Shown here: in pieces, positions 12,800 through 25,291 of the stretch
How positions within the stretch are numbered: the stretch's first letter is position 1
Layout: each line of letters begins with the position of its first letter
Origin: Octopus sinensis
Lineage: Eukaryota
Direction: 5' to 3'
NCBI RefSeq assembly: GCF_006345805.1
Contig: NW_021832437.1
Coordinates: 1-64,000, forward strand
Length of the DNA stretch: 64,000 nucleotides
The notes under the pieces: generated by a model
What the model was told of the DNA's origin: nothing
What the model saw: the letters and a program-made list of their open reading frames with translations, nothing else
Databases searched by the model: none
Translations under genes and position numbers: made by a program

Positions 12800-13150
12800 A
12801 TGATGATTATCTTTTATATTTAAAGGAGTGAATATAGTTATTTAATCCAAGATTGAATTTGGAAACTGTTGTATCTATGTAATAATGGATTTCATTAGGT
12901 GTGTTCGCAGAATATTTATATGTTAAACTATTCTTCAGACATCGGTTATTCAAAGCATTTATCATAGCTCCTCCTGTTGCAAATGTTATAAAGTTTATTA
13001 TCATAAGAGACTTTATTTATTTTATCAGGGTTAATGTTAATACTATGAGGAGATACTGTAGTATTTTTATCAGCATTTATACTAGATTGACATGTATTAA
13101 ATTACAGTTGACCAAAATTTGTATTTGTTAACTGAATATTTAAAGATACA
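12800..13150 (-). mobile_element. Penelope-like element GIY-YIG remnant
   Basis: NRCLKNSLTYKYS...IHYYIDTTVSKFNLGLNNYIHSFK resembles the PLE CL..N.VYK...YIG.T...FK.R..NH..SF motif. Confidence 0.5.
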
Positions 13151-13889
13151 GCCGTTATTACTAATAGTAATTAATTTCTTACTGTTTGTTTCAGGCTGCA
13201 ATACTATTCGCTATATTTGGCTTAGAGGAATACACAAATTTAACAGTATGTCTATTGAGTATCTTACTTTATCTACAAGAGGATGGAAGGAAATGCTTAT
13301 TCAATTCATGGGATATCTGAGGCAATCTTATTTCTATAAAGGGCATAAAACCATATGATAATCATTTTATGTAATCCATTTCAACTGGTTTTGCTGTCAT
13401 TATATAGACTGGAGATGTTTCTGGAAGAATATCACTCAAAGATAACCGAACGGACGCAAAACAGACGGGGCCCTTCAGCTTTTTAGCTGTCCGAATAAGA
13501 GAAGGTGAATCGATACAAATTCAACATCCCGATAACTACTGGGCACGTGGCACTTGTTGCACCACACCAATACAAGTTTGAAGGATGAAAGAAATGGACT
13601 GGCTCTGCACAAAACATGTGCACTATAATAATATTCATCGTGCAGATCGTTAATGAAACCAAAATACCGACAACAACATCATCGCACTTCCTTCAAGTCC
13701 AGTGGCGGGAGGAAAAGAAGCGATGGGGACAGACAGCAGATGCTACTAGAAATCTTCAACTGTAACCCTACACACAAGCAGCCAGGAGGTGACGGTCGTT
13801 TTCTTAAGATCTCAGCTGTGTCAAAATGACATAAAAGTCCGTCAAATTAGTATAGTATCGTTGATTCTACGTTGAATAGTTCTCTTACA

Positions 13890-14390
13890 GTCATGGAAGT
13901 TGCAACGATAATTCCCAGGTTTGAATCTGTTATTATTATGTTCTGTCCTTTTACTTAGGGTGAAAAATATGGAGCTAATGACCTGTACATGATGATCGAG
14001 ACTGTTTTGATTGGTTACCCGATGTTTACTTTCAATAAATATAGAATGACGTCAGCAGGCAAAATCGGGTTGCAGAGGAAAAGGGAATTCCAGAGCTTTG
14101 ACGTCAGGAGACGAAGGGATTGGAATAAGATTTAATACAGAGTATTTGAGTTGGGAAAACTCAATATAGGCGACGAGGGATAGGATTAGCGAATTACTTT
14201 GCTTCAAGTTTCCATTATTTTCATTTCCTTTTTATTGAAAGTGATATGCATATTGTTTGTTCTTTGAAGCCGTCAAAGTAAGAATAAAAAAAATTTTGTG
14301 TGACAGAGTTTATAGCATAGTGGGCGTGTGATAATCATATGATCTTATGAAAGATGTGCAGTCAAGGATATCCCTTAGTGAAGCAGCAGC
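13890..14390 (-). mobile_element. L2/CR1-group LINE 3' remnant
   Basis: Minus frame LLTSKLWNSL. Homologous to 23650-24190. Confidence 0.6.
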
Positions 14391-14970
14391 AGCAGCAGCA
14401 GTTGTAGCATCCTGTTCTGAGCCTCACCTGAGCTTTCTAGACATTCCCTAATAGTTCAGAGAGTATATGAATAGTATATATAGGGTATTTTCCGTGTCTC
14501 TGTTGCCAGTGCCTTCGCACATACGTATATGTATACACACACATGCATATACACTTATGTGCATATATATATATATGTGTCTCCGCTACCGAAACGGTAA
14601 TTATTTCTACGCCAGCTATGTTGTTGTTGTTGTTTTTATCTCATTTGGTCTAAAGTCGTATGACAACCACCGTTATATATATTTTGTTTATTCATTACTG
14701 TTTTCAATTTCGTTTTCGTCCCTTGTATTCACATCCGTCTTGTGCGTTCACATTCCTGTCTTCTACCAAGAAATCTAATGCTTACAGCTTAGTTTTTTTT
14801 CTTGGGGCTGGCCGAGTTGGAGCAAATATCAGAATTGAACAGCCGAAATTTGCTATGATGATTCGGTGTCTGACTGAAGATTGAAGGCTTCGAATGATTT
14901 GTCTGTGTTCCGTGTTCGTCCCTTCCTGTATTTCACGTTCATTATATATAAAAACATTCATTCATTTATA

Positions 14971-15009
<39 letters not shown>

Positions 15010-15965
15010 AAGTTTGGAGATGATGTACAGGTATTATATATTAGAAAAAATGAGGTAATCAGATCGGATGGTTCATATTTGTAGATATTTATTTATATAT
15101 CATATCATTCAGATCATATCATTCGGATTGTTAGCGCTTTCTCCCAATCTAGTGGGGTTTTCAAATCAAATCAATTCCTTTGTGGGGAATTTGAACATTT
15201 TATAGTTTCGTAGTAGTGCGAAAGACGGTATAAGACAGTATAAGAGGGTGAGGAGGAAGTGAGACAGAGAAAACATGTGTGTATGTGTATGTGTGTGTGT
15301 GTATATGTGTGTGTGTGTATGTGTGTGTGTGTGTGTGCGTTTGTATCTGAGAGGGAAGAAGAAGTGTTATTACCGTTGGCCTACTGGACCTCCTGTGGTT
15401 TTATAAGAATTTTGGCTCTGTCCATTTTGGTGTCACTGAGTGTGTGTTGTGCGTAGGTTGGCCGGACAAATGTCATTTGGGGTCACACTTTCTATGATCA
15501 TTTTGTGGAGGTGTGTGTGTATGTGTGTGTGTCTCTGTGTGTCCGTGTGTGTTTGTGTGCGCGCGTGTGTGTGTGTCTCTGTGTGTTTGGAGAAGGGGAG
15601 AGAGACAAAAAGAGAAAAGGGAAAAATAAATATAAAAATTAAAAAAAAAAATATAAAAATAAAAATATAAAAATAAAAAATAAAAAAAATATAAAAAATA
15701 AAAAATAAATAAAAATAAGGGAGGGAGTGGAGAAGAAAAAAATATTTTTGTGTGTTGATATTTATACCAATACATATATATACACACACAGACTTATACA
15801 TAAAATATTTGAAAAAAACCTTTTTATCGGTTCAAAATGAACAACCAAATTATACCATCTTGAAAATTGTATATCATAGGAAAGTTAAAATTAAAGTGAC
15901 AATTAAAAGGTAAAGATGGAAGTAAATTATAAAGATAATAATATGATATAATGTATATAACAGGC

Positions 15966-16386
15966 AATACACATATCTATACACACACAGATATATATAT
16001 ACATATATACACATCCAGACATATACTAAATGTTCTACTATATTACCAGTTTCACCTACGTAATTCTCCTTGCACGTGGGGCAGGTTATGCAGTATATGA
16101 CGTTCTGCGTCTTGCAGTTCATATCTGCATTTACTTTGAATATGTCACCATTTTAAAATCTTATCTCTCTGTTGCTCTCTATGTATTTGTAGGTCGGGTT
16201 GCTGCAGGTCCCACATCTACCATCTCCGCACTCTTTTGCATGTGTAAGCATGTATATATATATATATATAGTGACATTGAAGGACGCATCTTTCGATTTA
16301 CAATCTAATATAGTAGAACATTTAGTATATGTCTGGATGTGTATATATGTATATATATATCTGTGTGTGTATAGATATGTGTATTA
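15966..16386 (-). mobile_element. Penelope-like (Neptune-type) GIY-YIG fragment between inverted repeats
   Basis: CGDGRCGTC...FKVNADMNCKTQNVIYCITCPTCKENYVGETG at 16045-16250. A ~77 bp inverted repeat lies at 15966-16042 and 16309-16386. Confidence 0.8.
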
Positions 16387-16389
16387 AAC

Positions 16390-16601
16390 CTCAAGGTTTA
16401 AAACAACCATAATTTTCGGTTTAAAAAAAAAAAAAAAAAAACTTTTTTTTTTTAGACATTCATTAGTACAACATCCCCACCCCCCAAATATATGGCACAC
16501 TAGGCATAACAACAACATGAACTTCCAACCCTGTTGTCTCTTGAGGTCTCTGGGTGAGACTTGGAGCCAACTTGTAGAAATATAAAGCAAAAGTCAAACA
16601 G
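16390..16601 (+). mobile_element. R4/Dong family B 3' UTR fragment
   Basis: Matches 18140-18325 and is followed by (AAT)n. Confidence 0.8.
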
Positions 16602-16626
16602 AATAATAATAATAATAATAATAATA

Positions 16627-16668
<42 letters not shown>

Positions 16669-16670
<2 letters not shown>

Positions 16671-16803
16671 CCATGTCGCGCACATATGGTTGTGATGCAT
16701 GTGCCTGGTGTACCCTTATCAGACGGGTAGTCATGATGGGTATATTGGCCTTCGTATATTTTACCCCAGTGTCACTTTGATGGCATGAACTGCTCTCTCA
16801 CTC
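16669..16803 (+). mobile_element. Family N short 5'-truncated copy
   Basis: Matches the last ~135 bp of 7474-7959. (AAT)n on both sides. Confidence 0.82.
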
Positions 16804-16862
<59 letters not shown>

Positions 16863-16889
16863 TAATAATAATAATAAAAATAATAATAA

Positions 16890-16986
<97 letters not shown>

Positions 16987-16989
16987 TGG

Positions 16990-18323
16990 TCAATTACTGA
17001 AATATGTCAGCTCGACAGAAAAATAAGAAAACTGTTGACAATGCATAGAATGCACCACCCTAAGGCAGATACAGAACGATTTTATCTGCCAAGAAAAGAG
17101 AGAGGCCGTGGTCTTTTGCAACTGGCAATAACAATGAAGATTGCTACAATTGGCCTAGACACCTACCTGAAAAAGTCTGAGGACTGGATGTTAAAACTTG
17201 TCTCAAATCATGAAAACAAGAAAGCATCATACTCAGTAACAAAACAGGCAAAGGAATATCTAAGTGAATTCCGAATACAACCAATTTCGGAATTAGAGAT
17301 AGACATACAGAAAAAGCTAGGCGCATGAAAACCCGTGCCAAAACTGCGGCCTTAGATATTCTGAATAATAAATGGCAAGAAAAACCTCTCTATGGCAAAT
17401 ACCCAAAGAGAGCGAATAATGCAGATATTGACAAAGCCCTGACCCATCAATGGCTAATGGCCTCTGGCTTAAAATCTGAAACAGAAGGGTTTATCATAGC
17501 AGCTCAAGATCAATGCCTACCAACAAGAAACTACCAGGCCAACATATTAAAGAACGGCAGTAGCCCAACATGTCGTGTATGTCGACAACAAAATGAAACC
17601 ATTGATCATGTTGTCTCCAAATGCAGTCTTCTAGCACCTACAGAGTACCTCAACAGACATGATAGAGCTGCACAATATATTCACTGGGTAATTTGCAAAA
17701 ACCTGGATTTGCCCCATGAAAAAAACTGGTGGGAACACAATCCACCTCCAGTGCTTGAAAATGACCACATCTCACTCCTCTGGAACTTCACCATTCAAAC
17801 TGACAGAAAGATAGATGCAAATAAGCCAGACATCATATTGAAAGACTTCAGACAAAGAACATGCCTCCTCATTGATATGACTGTCCCAATCGATATAAAC
17901 GTATCTGTCAAGACCTACCAAAAACTGAGCATATATAAAGATCTTGAAATAGAAATCAGCAAAATGTGGAACCTGAAGTCTAAAACAATACCTGTTGTCA
18001 TAGGTGCCCTGGGAATGATAGCGAAAGGGGCTGATTGCTACCTAACTCAGATACCAGGAAACCCCAAAGTGGCAGAAATTCAAAAGATAGTGCTCATGGG
18101 AACTGCTCATATCCTACGCAAAATACTCTCTATGTAATCCCAAGGTTTAAAACAAACTTTTTTTTAATCTATGTATTAGACATTCACTAGTACAACACCA
18201 AAAAACCCCCAAATATATGGCACACTAGGCATAACAACAACGTCAACATGCAACCTGTTGTCTCTTGAGGTCTCGGGGTGAGACTTGGAGCCAACTTGTA
18301 CAGACATAAAGCAAAAGTCAAAC

Positions 18324-18325
<2 letters not shown>
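16990..18325 (+). mobile_element. R4/Dong family B, 5'-truncated, nearly intact zinc finger + RLE ORF
   Basis: ORFs 17035-17328 and 17325-18137: CRVCRQQNETIDHVVSKC, ANKPDIILKD...LIDMTVP...QKLSIYKDL. (AAT)n flanks. Confidence 0.92.
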
Positions 18326-18360
<35 letters not shown>

Positions 18361-18417
18361 TAATAATAATAATAATAATAATATAATAATAATAATAATA
18401 ACAACAACAACAACAAC

Positions 18418-19544
18418 AGCTGGAAAACTACTATAAAATAACCACCATAGGACTGCAAAAATACCTACTTCAGAAGGAAGGAAAACTGATCCAGATAGCA
18501 GCAAAACACGAGCAAAACAAAAAACTGTTCTCAGTATTTAAGGAAGCTGACAAATACAAACAAGAAATCATACCACCTAATAAACACAAAGAAGAAGAAG
18601 AAGATGATGAAGAAACAACAAAAGCTATAAAACAAATGAAATCCAAACTAAAAATAGAACAGCAACGAGCCATGATAAAACGATGGCAAGAAAAGCCCCT
18701 TCATGGTAAATACTGCACTAAACTAAACGCAGAAGAAATAGACAAAGAAAAATCCCAGCAATGGTTGAGAAGCTCAGGACTCAAAGCAGAAACAGAGGGA
18801 TTTTTAATTGCAGCACAAGACCAAAGCCTCCCCACCAGAAATTACCAAAAACATGTAATGAAAAGAAATATTACAAGTAACTGCAGAATATGTGGAGATG
18901 GACAAGAAACAATAAATCATATTATCTCTAGCTGCCCAGTCCTGGCTAAGAAGGAATATATTCACAGACATGACAGAGTTGGAACCTACATACATTGGAA
19001 GCTATGCCGACATTATGGAATAACAACAGAAAAAAGATGGTATAGGCACACACCAGAAAAGGTCACAGAAAACGAGAAAGCAACCATACTCTGGGATATG
19101 CCGATACACACAGATAGAGAAATTAAGGCCAACAGACCAGATATAGTTGTCAGAGATCATGAAGAAAAAAATATTTTCTAATTGATGTATCAATACCGGC
19201 AGATGACAACGTGTCTCTAAAAGAAATGGAGAAACTCTCAAAATACAAAGACCTGGAAATAGAGGTAACTAGAATGTGGAACCTGAAAACAGAAACAATT
19301 CCTATCATAGTAGGTGCATTAGGCATGATAAAAAAATATTCAGACAAATACATAACAAAAACACCAGGACTTACAAACACATATAACATACAGAAAATTG
19401 CACTACTAGGCACTGCACACATCCTACGCAGAACACTTTCCATACAATAACCATCAGAGCATCACAACAAATCACAGCACATACCCAAGGCACACAGAGC
19501 TGCGCTCGGTAGTGAAGTGAAAGCACGCTATAAAAATAAAACTA

Positions 19545-19547
<3 letters not shown>
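18418..19547 (+). mobile_element. R4/Dong family A, 5'-truncated copy
   Basis: Near-identical to 6274-7404 with the same 3' junction ACTACTG|AATAAT. The 5' side abuts (AAT)n(CAA)n. Confidence 0.93.
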
Positions 19548-19594
<47 letters not shown>

Positions 19595-19613
19595 GAACAA
19601 CAACAACAACAAC

Positions 19614-21213
19614 ACTTTCTGCAGTCCTACGCAAAATCAACGTACACTATGAGCTGAGAAAGAATGGATCTCGTCTCAAATACATTCTCTTCATGGATGA
19701 TTTAAAACTGTTCGCAAAAAACAGAGCCTGAAATGGAGAAGCTGGTTGAAACAGTGTAAATGTGCAGCATGAATATAGGGATGGAATTCGGTGTCTCGAA
19801 ATGTGCGGTGCTTACTTTGAAGCGGACGGAAAGAGTAAGGTGTAGGGGCATAGAAGTGCCAAACGGAGAGAGAATGGAAGACCCGGATGGTGATGGGTAG
19901 AAGTACCTTAGGACCTTGGAGCTGGAAAATATCTTGCACAAAGAAATGAAAGACAAGGTAATCACTGCATCTTTCAAACGCCTTAAACTTCTCTTGAAAT
20001 CAAAACTCAACTCAAGGAACCTTGTGACTGCCATCCACATATGGGCGGTTGCTGTAGTCCACTATAGTGCACCCATCATGAAATGGACACAAGCGGAGAT
20101 TGACCAACATGATCGCACTACCCGAAAGACAATGACAATGCATGGTGCCCTCCACCCTAAGGCGAATGTACACATGCTCTACATGAAGAGAGGTAAAGGT
20201 GGACGTGGGCTAGTTAGCGTACGGGAGTGCATCAACTGTGAAAGAAGAAATAAGACCTCCTACAGTATGCTGCTAGAGCAGAAGGAGTTAACAAAAATAG
20301 ACTTGAGAGCGCTCATGAATTCCGATCAAGAACAGCCAACGAGAAAGAAGAAATCATACTCCGTAAGGAATTACATGGCCAGTTCCACCGTGAAACCAAC
20401 AAATTAAAAGACCAGGAAGCATCATGGAGGTAGCTCAGCAAGGGTGACCTAAAAAAGAATAGTGAAAGCGTCATCATCGCTGTCCAGCAGCAGGCATTGA
20501 ATACCAGCTCAGTGGAAAAGAATATACACCACACAAGTGTATCGGGCCTCTGCAAAATGTGTGGGAAGAGGGTCGAAAGCGTGACTCACATTGTTAGTGC
20601 TTGTGAAAGCCTTGCGCAGAAAGAGTACAAGCGTAGACACGACAAGGTAGCCCCAAACCTCCACTGGCTACCTTGACGTAAGTATGGATATGAGGTTACA
20701 GGTGCTTGGTACCAACACACACCGGAAAAGTGATGGACGAAAAGGGGAAGGCAAAAGTCCTCTAGGACTTTAACCTTCAGAGATACAAGGTGTTACAATA
20801 CCGAAGGCCGGATATAGTAACCTTTAGGAGGGACAAACAAGAGTACCTAATTGACGTGACAATGCCAGGAGATCAACATATCATGAAAGAGAAAAGGTTG
20901 ATAAATATGGAAACCTGAGAATTGCGATCGCTAAGATGTGGCAGCTACGATAGTTAAACATAAAGGTTATCCCAACAGTCATCGGAGCATTGCGTTCAAT
21001 ACCACTCAATCTGAAAAAACAAACTAACAAAAACATCTTAAAACCTTAGAAAAACATCTGAAAACCTAGATGTATTGCCAAAGTCGGGATTACTTGGAAC
21101 TTCACGCATATGTCTGTTTGAGGTCTTTGTTGTGACTTGACAAACAATACAAACCCTGGTAGACACACTATATTCATTCAACAACCTCATGATATAGCAT
21201 ACTGTGCGACGTT

Positions 21214-21214
<1 letters not shown>
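19614..21214 (+). mobile_element. R4/Dong family E, degraded RT-to-RLE fragment
   Basis: FMDDLKLF; KLNSRNLVTAIHIWAV; KRGKGGRGL; CKMCGKRVESVTHIVSAC..KRRHD. Ends GTGCGACGTTT then (AAT)n. Confidence 0.85.
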
Positions 21215-21303
<89 letters not shown>

Positions 21304-21305
21304 TA

Positions 21306-21833
21306 GATGTCTTGATTCAGTGCGAGGCAGTGGCTCTCATGGCTTTTAATCTTATCTGATTGGAAGTGTTATCATGTACATTGTTCTGTCTTGGTATAAA
21401 AGATGGTCTACAGCAAATATTCTGCTCAATACCCTAGATTTGCATGTCAGTTGTTTGACCATAACCAGTTGAGCATGTCCCTTAGTGGCTGACGATATGT
21501 GCATTTCTGCTCACGAGCAGAAGTAAGGGAGGAACTTCATAGCCATGTGTCGAGAGGAATTCTTTGAGGGCTTGAATAATTTACCTTTGGAAACATGGGT
21601 GTTTCGTTCAACATCCTTAAACAACTCTTATTCAGGGACCTTTTGAGTAGGATGGGTTACTCGACCTGAAAAATTCTAGCTGCGCCCCACCTGCAAGGTC
21701 ATACGCTGTATATTTTGATATGTGATGCATGTGCCTGATGTACCCATATTAGACGGGTAGTCATGATGGGTATACTGGGCTTCGTATATTTTACCCAAGT
21801 GTCACTTTGATGGCATACACTGCTCTCTCACTC
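21306..21833 (+). mobile_element. Family N, longest copy (~530 bp)
   Basis: Homologous to 7474-7959 and extends ~70 bp further 5'. (AAT)n on both sides. Confidence 0.8.
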
Positions 21834-21866
<33 letters not shown>

Positions 21867-22229
21867 TTCGGCTATGCTGCTACTGCTGCTGCTCACGATG
21901 AAAAAAAAAAAATAAATAATAATAATAATAAGAAGAAGACGAGGAAAAGGGGAGGAGCGGGTGGATGAAGTCTTTCTTTTACTGATAAGGGCTTAAGACT
22001 GTTAGGATAATATCAAATGAAATACAGCAGAAAAAGGGCGAAAGAACAATAAGAAAGATAAAACAAATGATATAAAAATAGAATTCAGAAAAAGTAATAA
22101 ACAAATCTGATTCCTGTTGCAGAATATTTCACATCAACCAATTTGGTTGATACCCTACAAAAATAAGACCTGAATTACTCTGCCGTCTGCAAGGTAATGA
22201 AAGTGTTCTCTTTCAGTTTCTTTCTTACT

Positions 22230-22790
22230 ACTTAGAAAAAAATCATACTCAGAGTCCATTAAGACTCCCCAGTCTTGCCACTCTCATCCATCTACCGTTT
22301 GGCGAACACTTTAGGTGGTCTCTCCCTCTCTGCCCTCACCTTACTCTTCAAATGGTACTAGATGTAATAGATGAAAACGTAACTAGATAGTAAAATGCCT
22401 TTCTTCCAACTACACAAACAAGTTCACCATAGAAACTCTTTGACTACAGCTACAAAGCAGCGAAAGATTTGCCTTCCTTTCCTACCAAAAGTTGGTGGTG
22501 CATCAATCTTTACGATTGGTTCGCTGGAGAATCAGTTTCCTTCTGCATGAGATAGCAGCCATTCGACACATTCCTACAAATCGGTAATGCACGGACAATA
22601 AATGATGGTGTGCAAATGGTTTCGTCCGACTGCCAGCATTTTGAACAAGTTCGGCCAACAGGCAATATCCCCTATGGCATTGCTCTGCAAAGGGCTTCTG
22701 GAAGCTGCCCGTTGTCCCTGACCTGAAAATGCGTACTCTGAGTATTCTCGCCAATTCCCAGAGTCGATCCGAGCCAATCGTTTCTTATAC
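22230..22790 (-). mobile_element. Tx1/L1-clade LINE 3' remnant (zf-RVT region)
   Basis: ILPVG.RTCSKCWQSDETI.H...CPCI...FSSEPIVKIDAP parallels ALPV...CPRCGQDVETVLH...LSSESILKIDPP at 62329-63021. Confidence 0.65.
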
Positions 22791-23189
22791 CCTCAACCCT
22801 TAAAGAAATTTAGTGCTGCTTTTTTACTGTGCAACGTGGCAGAAGATGCGCTGCTCCTCATACCTCTTGCTGTTTGGCATCCCTTTGCTCTACAGCTGTG
22901 CTCGTCTACTTTGGCGGAGAACGGAGGGAATCTTCTTTTATTTTTATTTTCCTATCTGTCTCCGATAGTATTCAACCAGCGGACATTTTCTGTCACCTCC
23001 TCATCCTTATGGATGATGGGGAGGTGCATGTTTGGTTATAACCTTCGGCTTCCTGTTCGTTGCTTGGAACCGAGGTAGCAACAATTTCTAAATAGCTTTA
23101 GACCTTTATTATTTTGCAGCGATAGAGTGGTAAAGAGACTGAAGAACTAAGTAGAATAGAAAGAGGTCTCAGAAATGTAAGCTCGAAAC

Positions 23190-23600
23190 ACGAAAACCGT
23201 TCATTCATCAAAGTATACAACTTGCGTATGATGGACAAACTGAATATTAATCTGAAGTTGCCAGCATTTCCCCTTGCTGCTTCTGCCTTTCTGACACAAT
23301 ACTGCTCTGCCTCTGGTCAACCAGCTTGAAGGTTGTGTATGCCTTTCAATTAATATGTATAATTGTTTCACTATCCTTTCGTGGCATTCAGCAAATTTCT
23401 TCACACAATACCACTCACCTGAACTCCATTTCAGCTTGCTACTTTCCAGTTGCTCATCTTTCTACATACACATTGAAATATTCCTTGCTTCTTTTTGCAG
23501 AGTGGATTTATACCATTTTTTTTCGGGTTACTTAGCCACTGTGCATTAGTGTAGCGTGTTTCTTCTGTCCTCCATATCTTGATGTGAAAGAATTAACTGG
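23190..23600 (-). mobile_element. R4/Dong RT N-terminal remnant
   Basis: KKFAECHERIVKQL...PSSWLTRGRAVLCQK...GN parallels PEWLTKGRTILIPK. Confidence 0.65.
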
Positions 23601-23649
23601 GCAATAACAACACCATTAATAATAGTTGAAGGTAAGTTAATCATGTAGA

Positions 23650-24190
23650 ATTTTGAAGTGGAAAATTTAAGAAGATTTTTTCAAGTAAATGGGAGCAACG
23701 GATTCATTGTGCTAATGAATTACATCAGACTTATATTTGGGGGTCTCCAGCTATTGACAATAAACTACAGCTACTTTCATCCCCTCTGTATGGACGTTCA
23801 TCAAACTGTAAATGACCACGAGATTGAGCAGACGATATTTTTAGCAGAGTTGTAGAGGAAAAGGGAATTCTATAGGTTTGACGTCCTGAGACGAAGGGAT
23901 AGGAATAAGGCTTAAAACAGAGTATTCGGGATGAGAAGACGCAATACAGGCGACGGGGGAAAGGATTAACGAATAACTTTGCTTCAAGTTTACATTACTT
24001 TCATTTCTTTTTAATGAAAGTGTTTTGCTCGTAGCATGTTCTTTGTAGCCGTCAAATGATTAGAGAAAGAATAAAAGGATTTTGTGTGACAAAGCTTAAA
24101 GCGTTGTGGGTGTGTGATAATCACGTGATTTTATGAAGGATGTGCAGTCAAGGATATCACAAGCGGAACGACAATAACAGCAGCAACAGT
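23650..24190 (-). mobile_element. L2/CR1-group LINE 3' remnant
   Basis: Homologous to 13890-14390. Confidence 0.6.
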
Positions 24191-24475
24191 AGCCTTCTAT
24201 TCAGATCATATCTTATGCTTTCTAGACATTCAGTAATTGTTCAGGGAGTGTTTGTATGTTAAATATGATGTATTTTCTGTGTTATTCGCTTCAGTCATTC
24301 GCACAAACACACACACACACGCGCGCGCACGCGCATTTATGTTCAATAGTGTAAAAGAAAAACGGAAACAAATGTGAAGTATTATTCAAAGGACTTGTAA
24401 ATATATTGAATGTCTCTTCAGATATGAACATTCGAGAGATATGTGCTGTGTCATTCGTCTTGGTGTATTTGCACT

Positions 24476-24547
24476 CACATACATACATACATACATACAT
24501 ACATACATACATACATACACACACACACATACATACATACACATACA

Positions 24548-24579
<32 letters not shown>

Positions 24580-24586
24580 CACACAC

Positions 24587-24617
<31 letters not shown>

Positions 24618-24655
24618 CATACATACATACATACATACATACATACATACATACG
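24476..24655 (+). repeat. (TACA)n microsatellite
   Basis: Direct reading. Confidence 0.95.
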
Positions 24656-25039
24656 TTCATACGTATACACTCACATGCACACAGACACATACACACGTAC
24701 ATGTGTATGTATGTATATATATATGTGTTTGTACGTTTATACCTACGTCCAGTCGTGGAAAGGAACGGAAAACAGATGAGAAATAGTATTCAACTGACTT
24801 GTAGATATATCGTTTGTCTCCTCAAAAAAATTCGTTGCATTTCAGAAATGAATACCTTAAATGAACCACGCGCAAGTTTGCAATTTATGTGTATATATAC
24901 ACACAAACACACACACACATACATAAATAAACACACAAACACACACACATACATCCGTATATACATACATACATACATACATACATACATACATACATAC
25001 ATACATACATACATACATACATCCATAAGCACATATATA

Positions 25040-25146
25040 CAAACAAAAATACCCTGTTGATGTTGAAATTCCAATGGAGGAATCTTGGATCTAGGTTAGA
25101 AACCGGTTCTTTATTGACAAGAAAGCTTGAAATAAACTGAATAATC
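25040..25146 (+). mobile_element. Solo terminal module of the (TACA)n-associated family T
   Basis: AAAAATACCCTGTTGATGTTGAAATTCCAATG...GGATCTAGGTTAGAAACC...AAATAAACTGAATAAT, following (TACA)n. Confidence 0.78.
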
Positions 25147-25191
25147 ATCATTTACATTTGACGGATATTTGTCCTAATCTTGTTTGTTGTT

Positions 25192-25237
25192 AACACAACG
25201 TTTCGGTTCATATAACCTCCAGCCTTCATCAGGTGTC
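25192..25237 (-). ncRNA. Minimal type I hammerhead ribozyme motif in a probable PLE terminal repeat
   Basis: Minus strand reads GACAC CTGATGA A GGCTG..AACC GAAAC GTT GTGTT. Stem I is GACAC/GTGTT and stem III is palindromic ACGT. Stem II is partly mutated. Confidence 0.6.
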
Positions 25238-25291
25238 TTGGGGAAATTTCGAACTTGGGTTCTCAATCCTAAGGTATTTTTCGATGTTTCT

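Noticed and set aside
13400-13880. Possible RTE-type LINE remnant (GHVA-like word)
   Set aside because: A single weak motif only.
15121-15175. GAAAGCGCTA on the minus strand resembling a hammerhead 3' half
   Set aside because: No CUGANGA upstream.
22829-23078. GC-richer short ORFs
   Set aside because: No motif, and adjacent to a Tx1 remnant of which they are probably part.
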